DNA of 64,000 nucleotides from Balamuthia mandrillaris (Eukaryota): NCBI GenBank assembly GCA_031835245.2, contig JAVKOQ020000074.1, positions 62,001 to 126,000 of the forward strand, read 5' to 3'. Shown piece by piece: positions 12,800 to 23,765 of this stretch (position 1 is its first letter; each line of letters starts with the position of its first letter). The notes under the pieces were generated by a model. It saw only the letters and a program-made list of their open reading frames with translations, ran no database searches and was not told where the DNA came from. The position numbers and the translations under genes were made by a program.

Positions 12800-14159
12800 C
12801 CTTTGTCTTTGTTTGTTTGGTTTTTTTTTTTTTTGTTGGGATGTTTCAAAAAAAATAATAACGAAGAACGCTTCCCCTCCTCCAAGAAGAAGGAAGGGGA
12901 AAAAAAAAAGAACGCCAAAAGGAGGAAGGACCCCTTCCTTTGTGGGGAGGATTTTTTTTTAACTTGTCACTACGTTTTCTCTCTCTCTGCGGAAACACTC
13001 TTTTTTCTCTCTCTTTTCTCTCTCTCCCCTCTTCTTCTCGGGGATGCGTGCCTTAAAATATGTGTCGACATAGTCCAGCTGCGTAGTAGCCGTGCTATTT
13101 GTTATGTAGGGTCAACCTAATAGAGACGCTGCCTCTGCATACTTGCTTACTCCATACCGTACCAACCTCATAACACTCTTCCAACCTATTAGTTAGAGCT
13201 CGGTTTCAAGCATTTTTTTCTTTTCTGGAGTTGCGGAGGGTTGTGTGGTCCTTTCGTTTTTTTCATTCCTCTCTTGTGGGGATGCTTGCCCCCAGGCCTG
13301 TGTGGTTTTGCTAAAGTTAGTAGTTGCTCACGTGGAAGTGCTCGCCAAAAAATTGGAGAAAATAATAAAATAATAATTTTCGAAAATCGCCCGTGGCCAG
13401 CATCGAGTCAACAGTTTTTATCTTCGGAATTGTCAAACACACTAAACGAACGAGGTAATGAATGCTGTCCCGCCAGAGTGGCCAACAATGAGAGGTAGTC
13501 GTTTAGGTTGACACTCAAAGAATCGGCAAGTGGCCAACAAGCCAACGAAACGTCAGTTCTGCCTCAAACTGCCCTGTCCGGTGATTCCAGGTTTATAAAT
13601 TGCTGTCGAATGAGCGACCTTGCCAACCACAGCCACCCCTCTCTGCCATATGATGGTGCCCAACAGTTTAAAAAATAGAGAGAATTGAAGAGGCATTCCT
13701 GTGATCCCGTCTCTCGAGATCAGTACGCATGTAGTTTAGGAGGATTTAGAATTCCCCCATTGGTGGATAGAACTCACAAATAAGGTATCTAACCGGTGTA
13801 TTTCCTAATATGAATCACCCGGTAAATTGTAATCTGCTAAATGACTTCCTTTTATGAACTTCAAACGAAACTTTGGGGTACTCACGCATTAGAAAAATAA
13901 AAACCTTCGGGGCAAAAAAAAACGCACAATCAAAATAAAAGGGTTTCGCTTCGAGAGGGGGCAAAAAAAAAATAATAAACGGAGGGAGACAAGGAGGACT
14001 ACACGACGCGCCGGTAGAAAGAATCTTTTTGCTGAGCTTCGTGGAAAAGGAGCCGCGAGGTGAAAGGTAACAACAAACAAACAAACGAACGCAAATGTCT
14101 CGTGTTTCTTTTTTTTTTCTATTGCTCGTTTATGCAACGAGTTGGGCTTTCCAACTTTC

Positions 14160-14192
<33 letters not shown>

Positions 14193-14410
14193 CGTTCTAA
14201 CTTTTCTATTTTTTCCAGAAGGAAAAAACCACACAAAGAAAGAAAGAGAGAAGAGAAAGGAAGAAAGACCAACTCCGCAAACCACGAAAACGTTCAAAGA
14301 AAGAGCGGTTGACCGGTAGATCGGAAAACAAAAAAAAACAAGAAAAGAAAAGAGAAGGCAAGGAAAGGAACAACGGGGAACTCCCTCCCACACGGTCTCT
14401 AGTCTCCCCC

Positions 14411-17400
14411 ATGAACAACAACGCCCATCTCTCAGCACACCTCCCACAACAGCATGTTACAGGCCATCACCACCAACATCCGTTCCACCCCCACCCTCAC
14501 CACCAACATCTGTTGCAGCAACTGCAGCAGCAACAACAGATGAATGGAGGTAACGATGACAGAGAAGGTCAATTGTCGAACCAGGACTTTATCAACCTGA
14601 TGCACTACTTGGAAACGTGTGTTTTCTTCTTCGCCCTCTGCTTTTTTTTCCTCCTCTTTTGATTTCTTCTTTGTTCTTTTTTTTTTCGCTGTTATTTTTT
14701 CCAATCCTCTGCATCAAGTTCTCTCTTTGCTCTTTTTTTCTCTTCTCTTGTGTTCTAGTGCTCTCTCTCTCTCTCTCTCTCTCTCCGCTTAGGTACTGAT
14801 GTTTTTCTGTCTTTCAGCATGCCAAGCGAACAACAAGCACGCTTTGCCAGCACGCAAGGCCTGCCACACTTTCAACAAGGGTTTGCACAACTCGACTTTG
14901 AAAGACAACAAGCAGCTGCAGCAGCTGCCGCACAACAACATCACGGTAGTGGAGGGGGAGGAGGAATAGGTTCTCCTGGTAGTCCCATCCACAAACTGCC
15001 CTCTCTGAGCGGCCCATCTTCTCCTTCCTTCTCGCCAGGAGGTTTTCCTTTTGGCCCTTCTTCCTCTTCCTCCTCTGTTGCTGCTTCTTCTTCCCCTCCT
15101 TCTTTTGCACAGTCTTCTGGACTATCTTCCTCAAATTCTTCCTCTTCACCGTCCTCTTCTTTATCTTCTTCTGGCCCACGAATTTTTCAGCTTTCTCAGT
15201 CACAACAACAACTCGCAGCTGCACAGGCTCAAGCCCAAGCCCAAATGGTAGCAGCCCGATCTGCTTCTTCTTCTCCTTCTCCTTTGCAACAACAACGGCA
15301 ACGTTCTCCTCCTTCATCCTCGTCATCTCATCACACACTGCACAACAACAGCAGTTCCGGTCCCTCCTCTCCCATAGAGTCAGCTGCGGATGAAGAGCAC
15401 TCCATGCAAGGAGGTGATGAAGAGGATGAACAAGATGACGCAGACGGATCCTCCTCTCCTCAAGAATCGCCTTTAAGCATGGGTCCTGCCAAAGACGACA
15501 CCAACGAGTCCTCCTCCGCTCTCCTCAACGAGGTCTATCAGTGGGAGCAAAGACAGAAAGAGCAGCTTGAAAAAATACGACAGTACCAAAAGCAGATCAT
15601 GTTGAGGCCTCAGAAAGAGGGCTTTGACATCCTCACGCAACAGCACCAACAAATGAAGAGTCAGATCGAGCAGGAGCTCAAGGCCTTACAGAGCCTCTTC
15701 CAGAACATCATCCTCCCCCCTTCTGACATACATAAGCTTATTTACTTGCTGCAAGACTTGAAGTTGCAGCAGATACAACTGGAGTTGTATGCACAGGAAC
15801 TGGCGCGACTCACGTTACCACCTGGCCATTCAGCTATCAACAAACCGTAGCGTCTCTCTTTCTCTTTCTCTCTCTCTCATTTTTACCTTTGTTAATCCTT
15901 TTCTTTGTGCTTGTTTTTTTTTTTTAAAAAAAAAGGATATGTGCGCTTGTGATAACAGAACAGCCAATGCCGATGGTCATCACCAAAAGCAAACAACTGG
16001 AGGATGATCCTGTGGTAGTGCAGCTACTCACCGGCACTGACGTGGAAGTACAGACCTTCTCCAAAGTAAAGGCTGCCATCTGGACGGAGAACCAACAGCT
16101 CAAAGCTGCCTGCGCCAAAGCGATCGAGAACGACACACAAAACATGGATGCCTTTACAAAAACAGCCAAGTTTGCCCTTAAGTTCAGAAATGGCACAAGG
16201 AAGTATCCTGTGCGTTTGCGCTTTGGAATTCAGCTACAGCTACATCATCAAGGTTGAATTTCTTTCTTTCTTGCTCTGTTCTCTCTTCCCTCCCCTCCCT
16301 CTCTCTCTCCCTCTCTCTCCCCTTTTCTCTTCACCTTCTTTCCTTTTGTGGTGGTATGTCTATTGTTGAGTTTGTTAATATTTTGCTTCCATTTAGGTGT
16401 CGCACAAACAGTAACGGTGGAGAGCAACGGCTCTCGTTCCTTCATTGTCATAACGAACGAGTGCCAGTGGGAGGAGTCCGAAGGAGTTCTTTTAAAGAAA
16501 GACGCCTTTGGAGAGCAATTGGAAGTTCCGTGGGCACAATTTGCCAACGTGTTGCAGAGACACTTCTTGCGAGCCACGCGTCAGGACTTGGTACGTCCCA
16601 CGCGGTGTCTTTCGCAGTTTGACTTTGACTACCTCAATCGAAAGTTCTTTGGTACCATATTCTTTACTGTTTGTTTTTTTTTCTTTGACTTTGTTTTGTA
16701 ACTTCTGTTTCTTTCTTTTAGGCGGACAATCGATGGTCACTCAAAAAGCTTATGACAACTTTTGGAACTGGTTTGGTAAGGTCTTGCAAAAACTCCGTTA
16801 TCAACGTCATATCTGTCCTTTGTGGCAAACTGGGTTCGTAATCCTATCTCTGCTCTCTGCTCTCTGCTCTCTGCTCTCTGCTCTCTGCTCTCTGCTCTCT
16901 GCTCTCTGCTCTCTGCTCTCTGCTCTCCTCTCTGCTCTCTGCTCTCTGCTCTCTGCTCTCTCTCTCTCTCTGCTCTCTCTCGCTCTCTCGCATCGAAACA
17001 ATTTCTTACCTTTCCTCCCTTATTTATTCTTTTAAAACACAATAGTTTGATATATGGCTTTTTAACAAGAGAACAAGTGCATAACGCCCTCCTAGAAGAG
17101 GAGGTTGGCACCTTCCTCATCCGGGTGAGCGAGAGGCATCCCGGCCTCTTCGCGGTGGGCTACCGCACGGACGACCCCGACTCGGATGACTGTGTGAGGC
17201 ACTATCTGGTCAAGCCGGAGGACACGGCGGGTGCCAAGAAGACCTTGCCCGATTTTTTGAATACCTGTCCGGCCTTCCAGTATCTGTTGCAAGTTACCAA
17301 TGAAATAGGCACGTTTTTTTTTTCGTAGATGACCCCTTCGTATCACTGTTCTCTCGCTTCTTCGCTTCTCTTCTCTTCATCGTTTTCGTCGTCGTTCTGG

Positions 17401-17668
17401 TTCATTGCTCGTCTCTTTATCTTCACTTCATTATTTCGATTCTCGTTTGATTCTTCTCTTTTTCTTTTATTTGTGTTGTCGCTCAACATACTTTTTTTTT
17501 TACACTTGCACAGGAGAAAACGGAAGACCAAAACTGAAAAAGTTTGCGAGGGACATCGCCCTGCAGCCATACTACTCCAAAAAATCTCCCTTCACACAAT
17601 CGGACGGCTACGATGATGCCCTCCCTACACCACAATACTACGGCTCGCCGGGCTCTTTCGACGGGTAG
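14411..17668 (+). CDS. STAT transcription factor, Dictyostelium/amoebozoan type
   Basis: Q/S-rich N-terminus, coiled coil ([16 protein letters not shown]), [51 protein letters not shown]2 [32 protein letters not shown] and candidate phospho-Tyr in SDGYDDAL. Confidence 0.93.
16849..16975. repeat. (TCTGCTC)n heptamer repeat in a STAT intron
   Basis: Read directly. Confidence 0.9.
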
Positions 17669-18319
17669 TTTGAAAGGGCTAGATGAAACGAAATGGGACC
17701 TTTTTCTCTCTCTCTTTTTGTGAGATATTTTTTTTGTTTTTTTTTTTGTACAGTTCTCATTTTAAAGACAACAAAAAGTGTTTTTTTGTATTGTTTTTTT
17801 TGTTGTATTTTTTATTTTATTTTTATTTTTACCGGCTTATCCACGCATTCCTATCAAGAATGTCATCGCAAAACGCGGGCGGATGATAAACCGATTTACG
17901 GGTTATTGTCGTGTGACAACACACAACAACTACCAATATAAGGTATTTACCGCGACCCGAAAAGACGATTTCTCATAAACCAAACCAATAGCACGACACA
18001 AATGATCGGATTAAGTGTTCCTTTTAAAAGAAAAATCGGGTCGAGGGTTTAATTAATCATTAATACTGACCAATCAGCAGCGGGGATGCGCAATTTATGA
18101 AAGCGGTTAATAATGGTTTTTTAGTGAACGAGGAAATGGCTGACTTGTTTGCTGTGGTAAGCGTTAACAGACGGGCGCCAAAACATTAAACGGTCAACTT
18201 TGTGTTTTATTTATTTTGGGGTTTTTTTCTCTTTTTTTTGTTTTCTTTCGTTACACACAAGCAAACAAACTTTGACACTCTTCGGGCAGTGACCACTTAC
18301 ACACGCACCACATTTCACA

Positions 18320-18970
18320 ATGAGCAAGAAAGGCAGGATTCTTTTGACCATCCCTCTGGTCCTCGTGTTGGGCGCTTTCGTTTTCAACATCATCGGCGCG
18401 GCCTCCACCTACGTCGGCTGGTTCGTGAGCGAGACCAAGACCACCGCATTTATCGTCCATTTTGGTTGGCAGGGCTTCACCAATGAGGACCTCAACGACG
18501 AGGAGTTTGACTATGACGACGAAAACTTTAAGACCGAAAACATGGAGGGAGGAGGCAAGGCCGCCGGCGCGTTCTCCATCCTGGCCATGATCTGGGATTT
18601 GATTGGTTTGGTGCTGCTGATCGTGGGCATTGTTTTCCCTGGAAAGGTTGGCGTTAGGAAGTTGTGCCGTACCATTGCCTCCATGTTCATTGGCATGGCT
18701 GCGTAAGTGACCCTTCTCTCTCTTTTTTATTTTTTGTTATACGTTCAATTGAGACGCTGACCATAACAAACCAATAGTGGAAGCGGTTTCATTGCTTGGT
18801 TGGTGTTCATTGCTGTCTTTGCCTCTGAGGTCAACGACGAGGAAACCACCATCGGCTTTACCACTGACACCTGGACCCCCAGCTACGCTTGGTTCCTGGG
18901 TCTGTTCGCCACGCTTGCCAACTTCATCGCCAACTGCTGCGTGGGTGGCTTTGGTGCTCTGGACAAGTAA
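18320..18970 (+). CDS. Four-TM membrane protein (claudin/amastin-like topology), paralog A
   Basis: Exons 18320-18702 and 18778-18970; four hydrophobic segments; motifs shared with the adjacent paralog. Confidence 0.8.
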
Positions 18971-19405
18971 ACAAATAAGAAAATAAAGGCAAACAATTTT
19001 AAGTCGATTTGTATGACTCCTCAATTCAACCGAAATTTCTTCCCAGTTCTCAACGGAACTTCTTCATCAGTCGACAAAATTTAAGATTGGACCGCCGTTG
19101 ACTTCGGAGAAATCGCTAAACGGAATATAGCACCTTAAATGGTCATACCCACAAAAAAAGCAATCCGCGCGCCTCTTCGCCGCTGTATATCTTTTATCTG
19201 TTTTCGTTTGGTTTCGTTCCAACCGCCAAACCTCAAGACAAACATCTGCCCCACTGCTACATCCGCTGGTAGAGTTTATCTTTGTTTTTATTATATTTTT
19301 TTGTTTTTCCTACTCCCTCAGAAGACCTGCTTTTCTGCCTACTCTGCCGCTTGTCTCACAACAGACCTTTTGAACTCAAACAGCTAGAATAGGAGCCTGC
19401 ACACG

Positions 19406-20052
19406 ATGTCAAAGAAAGGAAGGTTGTTGCTGCTCATTCCTTTACTCGCCGTAATCATCGCCGCCATCTTCAACATCGTCGGCGCTGCCTCGGAGTACGA
19501 AGGCTGGTTCCAGGGATACACCGACGCTTTTGAGGATAGGGACTATTACTTTGGTTGGAAGGGCTACGAAGGGGACGGCATCCGGGACAAGATCGAATAC
19601 AGTGATGAGCTCTTTCACAGCAAGCACCTGGAGAGCACCGGCAAGGCCGTGGTTGCATTCTCTGCCCTGGCCGTGATCGCCAACGCATCGGGAGCCATTT
19701 TCTTGATCTTGGGCATCATCATCCCCTCCAAAGTGAGCCTTCGCAAACTTGCAAGAGCCTTTTCGGGCCTGTGTCTTGCTATTGCTGCGTAAGTGCGCTC
19801 TCTTCTGGTTGTTTCCTATCCCTTGCGCTTTGTAACGCTTACTAACGCTTTTTGAACAGCATGTGCTCTTTCATCGCCTTCATCGTCTTCATCTGTGTCT
19901 TTGGCTCTGAGACCACCGATGACGACGACAGCATCCACGCCCTGGACAGATGGTGGCCGAGCTATGCCTGGTTCTTCACCCTCTTTGCCTTCATGTTTGA
20001 CCTGTTTGCCAACTGCTGTATCGGTGGTTTTGGGCTTATGGATAGGGAGTAA
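19406..20052 (+). CDS. Four-TM membrane protein (claudin/amastin-like topology), paralog B
   Basis: Exons 19406-19788 and 19860-20052; same MSKKGR start, same intron position and phase, shared PSYAWF and ANCCxGGFG. Confidence 0.8.
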
Positions 20053-20216
20053 ATACAAAAGCACCAAAGAGTAACTGATGAAAGAGCATAGAGGTACAGA
20101 CAGCAAGAAAATGTTTCTGTGTTTACAAAGTAAAAAAGCATTTTTTTGCTTTCTGCCCTTCTTGTTCTTGCGCTTGTTCATCTTCTGCTTCTTCTTCTTC
20201 TTTCTTGTGGTTTCTT

Positions 20217-20314
20217 GTCGTTTCTTTCTTGTCGTTTCTTTCTTGTCGTTTCTTTCTTGTCGTTTCTTTCTTGTCGTTTCTTTCTTGTCGTTTCTTTCTT
20301 GTCGTTTCTTTCTT
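20217..20314. repeat. 14-bp minisatellite GTCGTTTCTTTCTT, 7 perfect copies
   Basis: Read directly; reverse complement of the unit at 6410-6494. Confidence 0.9.
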
Positions 20315-20441
20315 TCTTTCTTTGCTTCTCCTCTTGCTTTCATTTTAAGCATTCCTATGCTCTAAAGATTGTCGCTCTTGGTTTCTCTCCTTTGCTGTAG
20401 CATTTATCTCTTATCTTTTTAATCTGTTTATTTTGCGTTAT

Positions 20442-20513
<72 letters not shown>

Positions 20514-20882
20514 GCTTTCCCCTCCTTCACGTTCCTTTCCTCCACCCCCCCCATAGAACCGTTCTTGTATTCTTTGACCCACAGCCAGCCAGCCCGCCCT
20601 GAATGGGGGCGCTTTTTCCAGGGAAGCTCATCGCCAAAAGGCCCCCGCTCCCTAGAAATGGATGCGGATAGGGCAGCCACACACCCTAAACCAACTATTA
20701 ATTGCGTTCGTCCCCTTGTTCCGTGTGTTTGCTGCGTAACATTCTTGTTCCTTTTCCGTCCTTCTCTTTCACACGCCCACTTCACACTCCTCCCACTCCT
20801 TTCTTTTTCTTTTTCGTTAACGGCAAAGCTTTGTTCATCATTTTTTTTATACCGCACAACACAACAAAAAAGAAAGAAGAGA

Positions 20883-21155
20883 ATGAAGGCCTCCCTCTTT
20901 GCTGCTGCTGCTCTGTTGGTTTTGGTGGTGGTGGCGGCGGTCGGCCCGTTTGGGGCTGCTGCTGTGCCCCTGCCCCAGGAGGAGCAACGCGTCCCCGCCG
21001 TTCCCCCCAGCAGCCACGACCTCAACAACCCCAAAGCCCTGGTGGCCAACCAGCAGGTGTGCAGCCTTTGCAAGATCTTTGTGGGCTATGTGGACAACAT
21101 GCTGCAAGAGCAGAGCACCATTGATGCCATCGTCCACGAACTTGAAAACGTTAGT

Positions 21156-21193
<38 letters not shown>

Positions 21194-22059
21194 CCAATAT
21201 CTTTCATCCAAACAAAAATCAAACGATGAATTTGAAAAAAACAATAGATTTGTGCGGCGTTGCCTGCTCCTTACAACGCAGAGTGCAACAGCTTCATCGA
21301 ACAATTCGTTCCTGAAATCATCAACTACATTGTTGAGTTTGGTACGTTCTTTCTTTCTCATCTATCTTTTATCCAGCAGTTTTTGTAACCACTCTATCAA
21401 AAAAATAAATCACACAGGCGATCCTTCTACTATTTGTGGTGACTTGGGCCTCTGCCAAGACACTGCCTACCTCTTGAAACTCATCCGCACCATCCACGCC
21501 GCCCAAACCCAAATCCAGACCCAAGAAAACAACAATGGCCTCCAACTCCAAAACAAAGGCGACTTTGATTTGAAGTGCGAAATCTGCGAGCTGATCGCCT
21601 CCTTGGTGGAGAGCTGGCTCAAGAAGGGCAGCACCCAGGACGACATCGCCGCCATCATCCAGCAGCTCTGCGGCATCCTGCCCTCCCCTTACTCGGACGA
21701 GTGCAGCGACATGGCCGACCAGTGGGTCAAGTACATCATCGACAGCATCGTCAACGCTGAACCTGCCGATAAGGTACAAACTTTTCCTTCTTGAAAACCA
21801 ATCCTCTCCTTTTCTTCTTCCACACACAAACCCTCACCGCAAACAAATCAAACAACAGATTTGCCATCAGGTCGGAATCTGTGGCGAACAGAGGGTGAGG
21901 CCCACCGTCTACCCTGTGTCCCAGCTTCGCCCTGCCCAACAAGCCCAGCCCCAGCCCCTCCAACAGCAACAACAACAACAACGCCCCGTCTTCAACAAGG
22001 ACAGCGTGCTGGTTCACCAACGCAACCCCTCTCGCGGCGGCCTACGCAAGCAACTCTAA
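20883..22059 (+). CDS. Secreted saposin-like (SAPLIP) precursor with two SapB domains
   Basis: Signal peptide MKASLFAAAALLVLVVV; two six-Cys SapB patterns (CSLCK...ICAALP...EC...IC...LC and CEICE...LCGILP...EC...IC...IC). Confidence 0.9.
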
Positions 22060-22283
22060 ACCCAAACGTGGCATTACCCATTACTTTGGGGGAGAACAGC
22101 AAGCAACACCCAAACTCTTCTCTTGTGAATGCCTTGTGAAATTTTTTTGATACTCTCTTTGCTTTCTTCTGAAAAAAAGAGTTTGCTGTTCGTTGCAACG
22201 CTGCTTTGCTTAGAGAGGAGAGGAAGAGAAAGAAATATAACAAAAGTTGAGTTATTGTTGGAGGAGGATATGAAAGAGCGATA

Positions 22284-23305
22284 TTACAAGGTCTTGTTGA
22301 GGAACTTCCTCTTGCTGAAGCAGGTCCACCACTTGCTGGGGGTGGTGTCATCGGTGCCGTACACCCTCTGCACGAGGCGAAGGCCAGTCTCTTGCCTCAG
22401 TTGAGTGAGATACTGACGGATGGTGTCTGGTTGTTGTGAAAGAAAGTTGATTTTAGTTTTAAAAGAACAAAAGAAAAAGACAATCAAAGAGAAAACAGAA
22501 TGAATGTTATGAAGTAAAGGCAGTGGAAGACGAGATAAGGTTAGGGGAGAAGACGACAGAGAAGACAGAGAAAGGATAGTAAGAGAGAAGAACAAAGGAG
22601 AAAAGAAAGACATACCAGCTTCTTGTCTGGCCTTGGGGTTCTGGACAAAGCCAGCGAGGGTGAAGTTCCTGTCGCCAGGAACGGCAAAGTTGGAGATGGC
22701 ATTCTGGAAGAGGAGCTTCTCGGCCTCGCCCTTGGAGGTGACGCCGATCTTGACGAGGCACTCAGAAATGTACAGGGTGAGGTAGACCAACACACGGTCA
22801 GCGGGACCCTTCACCTCGTAGTTCCTGAAGAGAACGTTGGCCTTGAAGAAGTCAAGAGCCTCATCGATGATGTCGGGTTGGGCTTCACAGAGAAAAAACA
22901 AACAAACAAATGTCAGTTAACACAGCGTCTTAGAGAAGATCCCAAAAAATCAAAACCACGACTAGACGAATTGACGAAGAATAATAAAAGAACAGAGCGA
23001 AAGCAAGGGAAGGAAACAAAAGAGAGGGAAAAAAAACGTACAAGGATCGGTAGCCTTGGGAGCGGGACCCTTGTATTGGGATTTGATGGGCAAGAGAGCC
23101 ATGCCGCACAGCAAGCGGCACTCGTCCTTGTTGAAGCTAGAGTGGTAGGCCTACACCCCAAAAAAAAAAGACAAAACAACAACAAAACCACGTATCGAAA
23201 ATTAGAATTACCAAATCGGTCACTCCAACACAACCACCACTGCCACGAAAAAGATGAAGAACAGAAGCACGACGAAGAGGAGGGAAGGGTCAGACGTACG
23301 GGCAT
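22284..23305 (-). CDS. ARPC3: Arp2/3 complex subunit 3 (p21-Arc)
   Basis: MP|AYHSSFN..., DIIDEALDFFKANVLFRNYEVKGPADRVLVYLTLYISECL, PSKWWTCFSKRKFLNKTL. Confidence 0.97.
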
Positions 23306-23765
23306 CTTGTAAAAGATTTCTCTCTCTTTTTTTTGCTCACTTTAAACACAATAAAAAAAATTAAAGCCTGCTACCTTTTTTCTAGTGCGGAACCCACAAC
23401 CAAAAGCGCTAGAATGAAAAATTGAATCCATAAACTATTATCGTGTCGACAATAATACATGAAGGGCGGAGCACGAACCAATCGCAGACGAGATTTCATT
23501 TGGAGTTTGGTCTTTGAAACTCCGGAATAAGAGGTGCTCCACGGGAGCTCATTTTGGGCTGGATCTGTGGACATTTGGATGCAAAAAGAAAGGAAGAAGA
23601 AAAGCGGAAAGAGAGACAAGGCAGGCTTGAGGGACTCGGAGCCGATCGGGTTTTGTTCTATTTTTTTTTATTTTCCTTGGTACGTTGGGGTGTGAAAACT
23701 AGAAGGATGGCCTCCTGTTGAACAATTATTTTTAAAAAATAATAACACTCAAATATCAATAGGAG

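Noticed and set aside
13098..13116. Minus-strand GTTGACCCTACATAAC resembling the 5' end of dictyostelid Class I RNAs
   Set aside because: Several mismatches in the conserved 11-mer, and no matching 3' stem at the right distance.
14038..14046. GAS-like TTCGTGGAA upstream of STAT (autoregulation), and TTCCAGGGAA upstream of the saposin gene
   Set aside because: Such short spaced motifs arise by chance at this scale, and amoebozoan STAT specificity cannot be assumed.
20217..20314. Regular repeats as a CRISPR array
   Set aside because: Head-to-tail tandem units with no spacers, no cas genes and a eukaryotic context.
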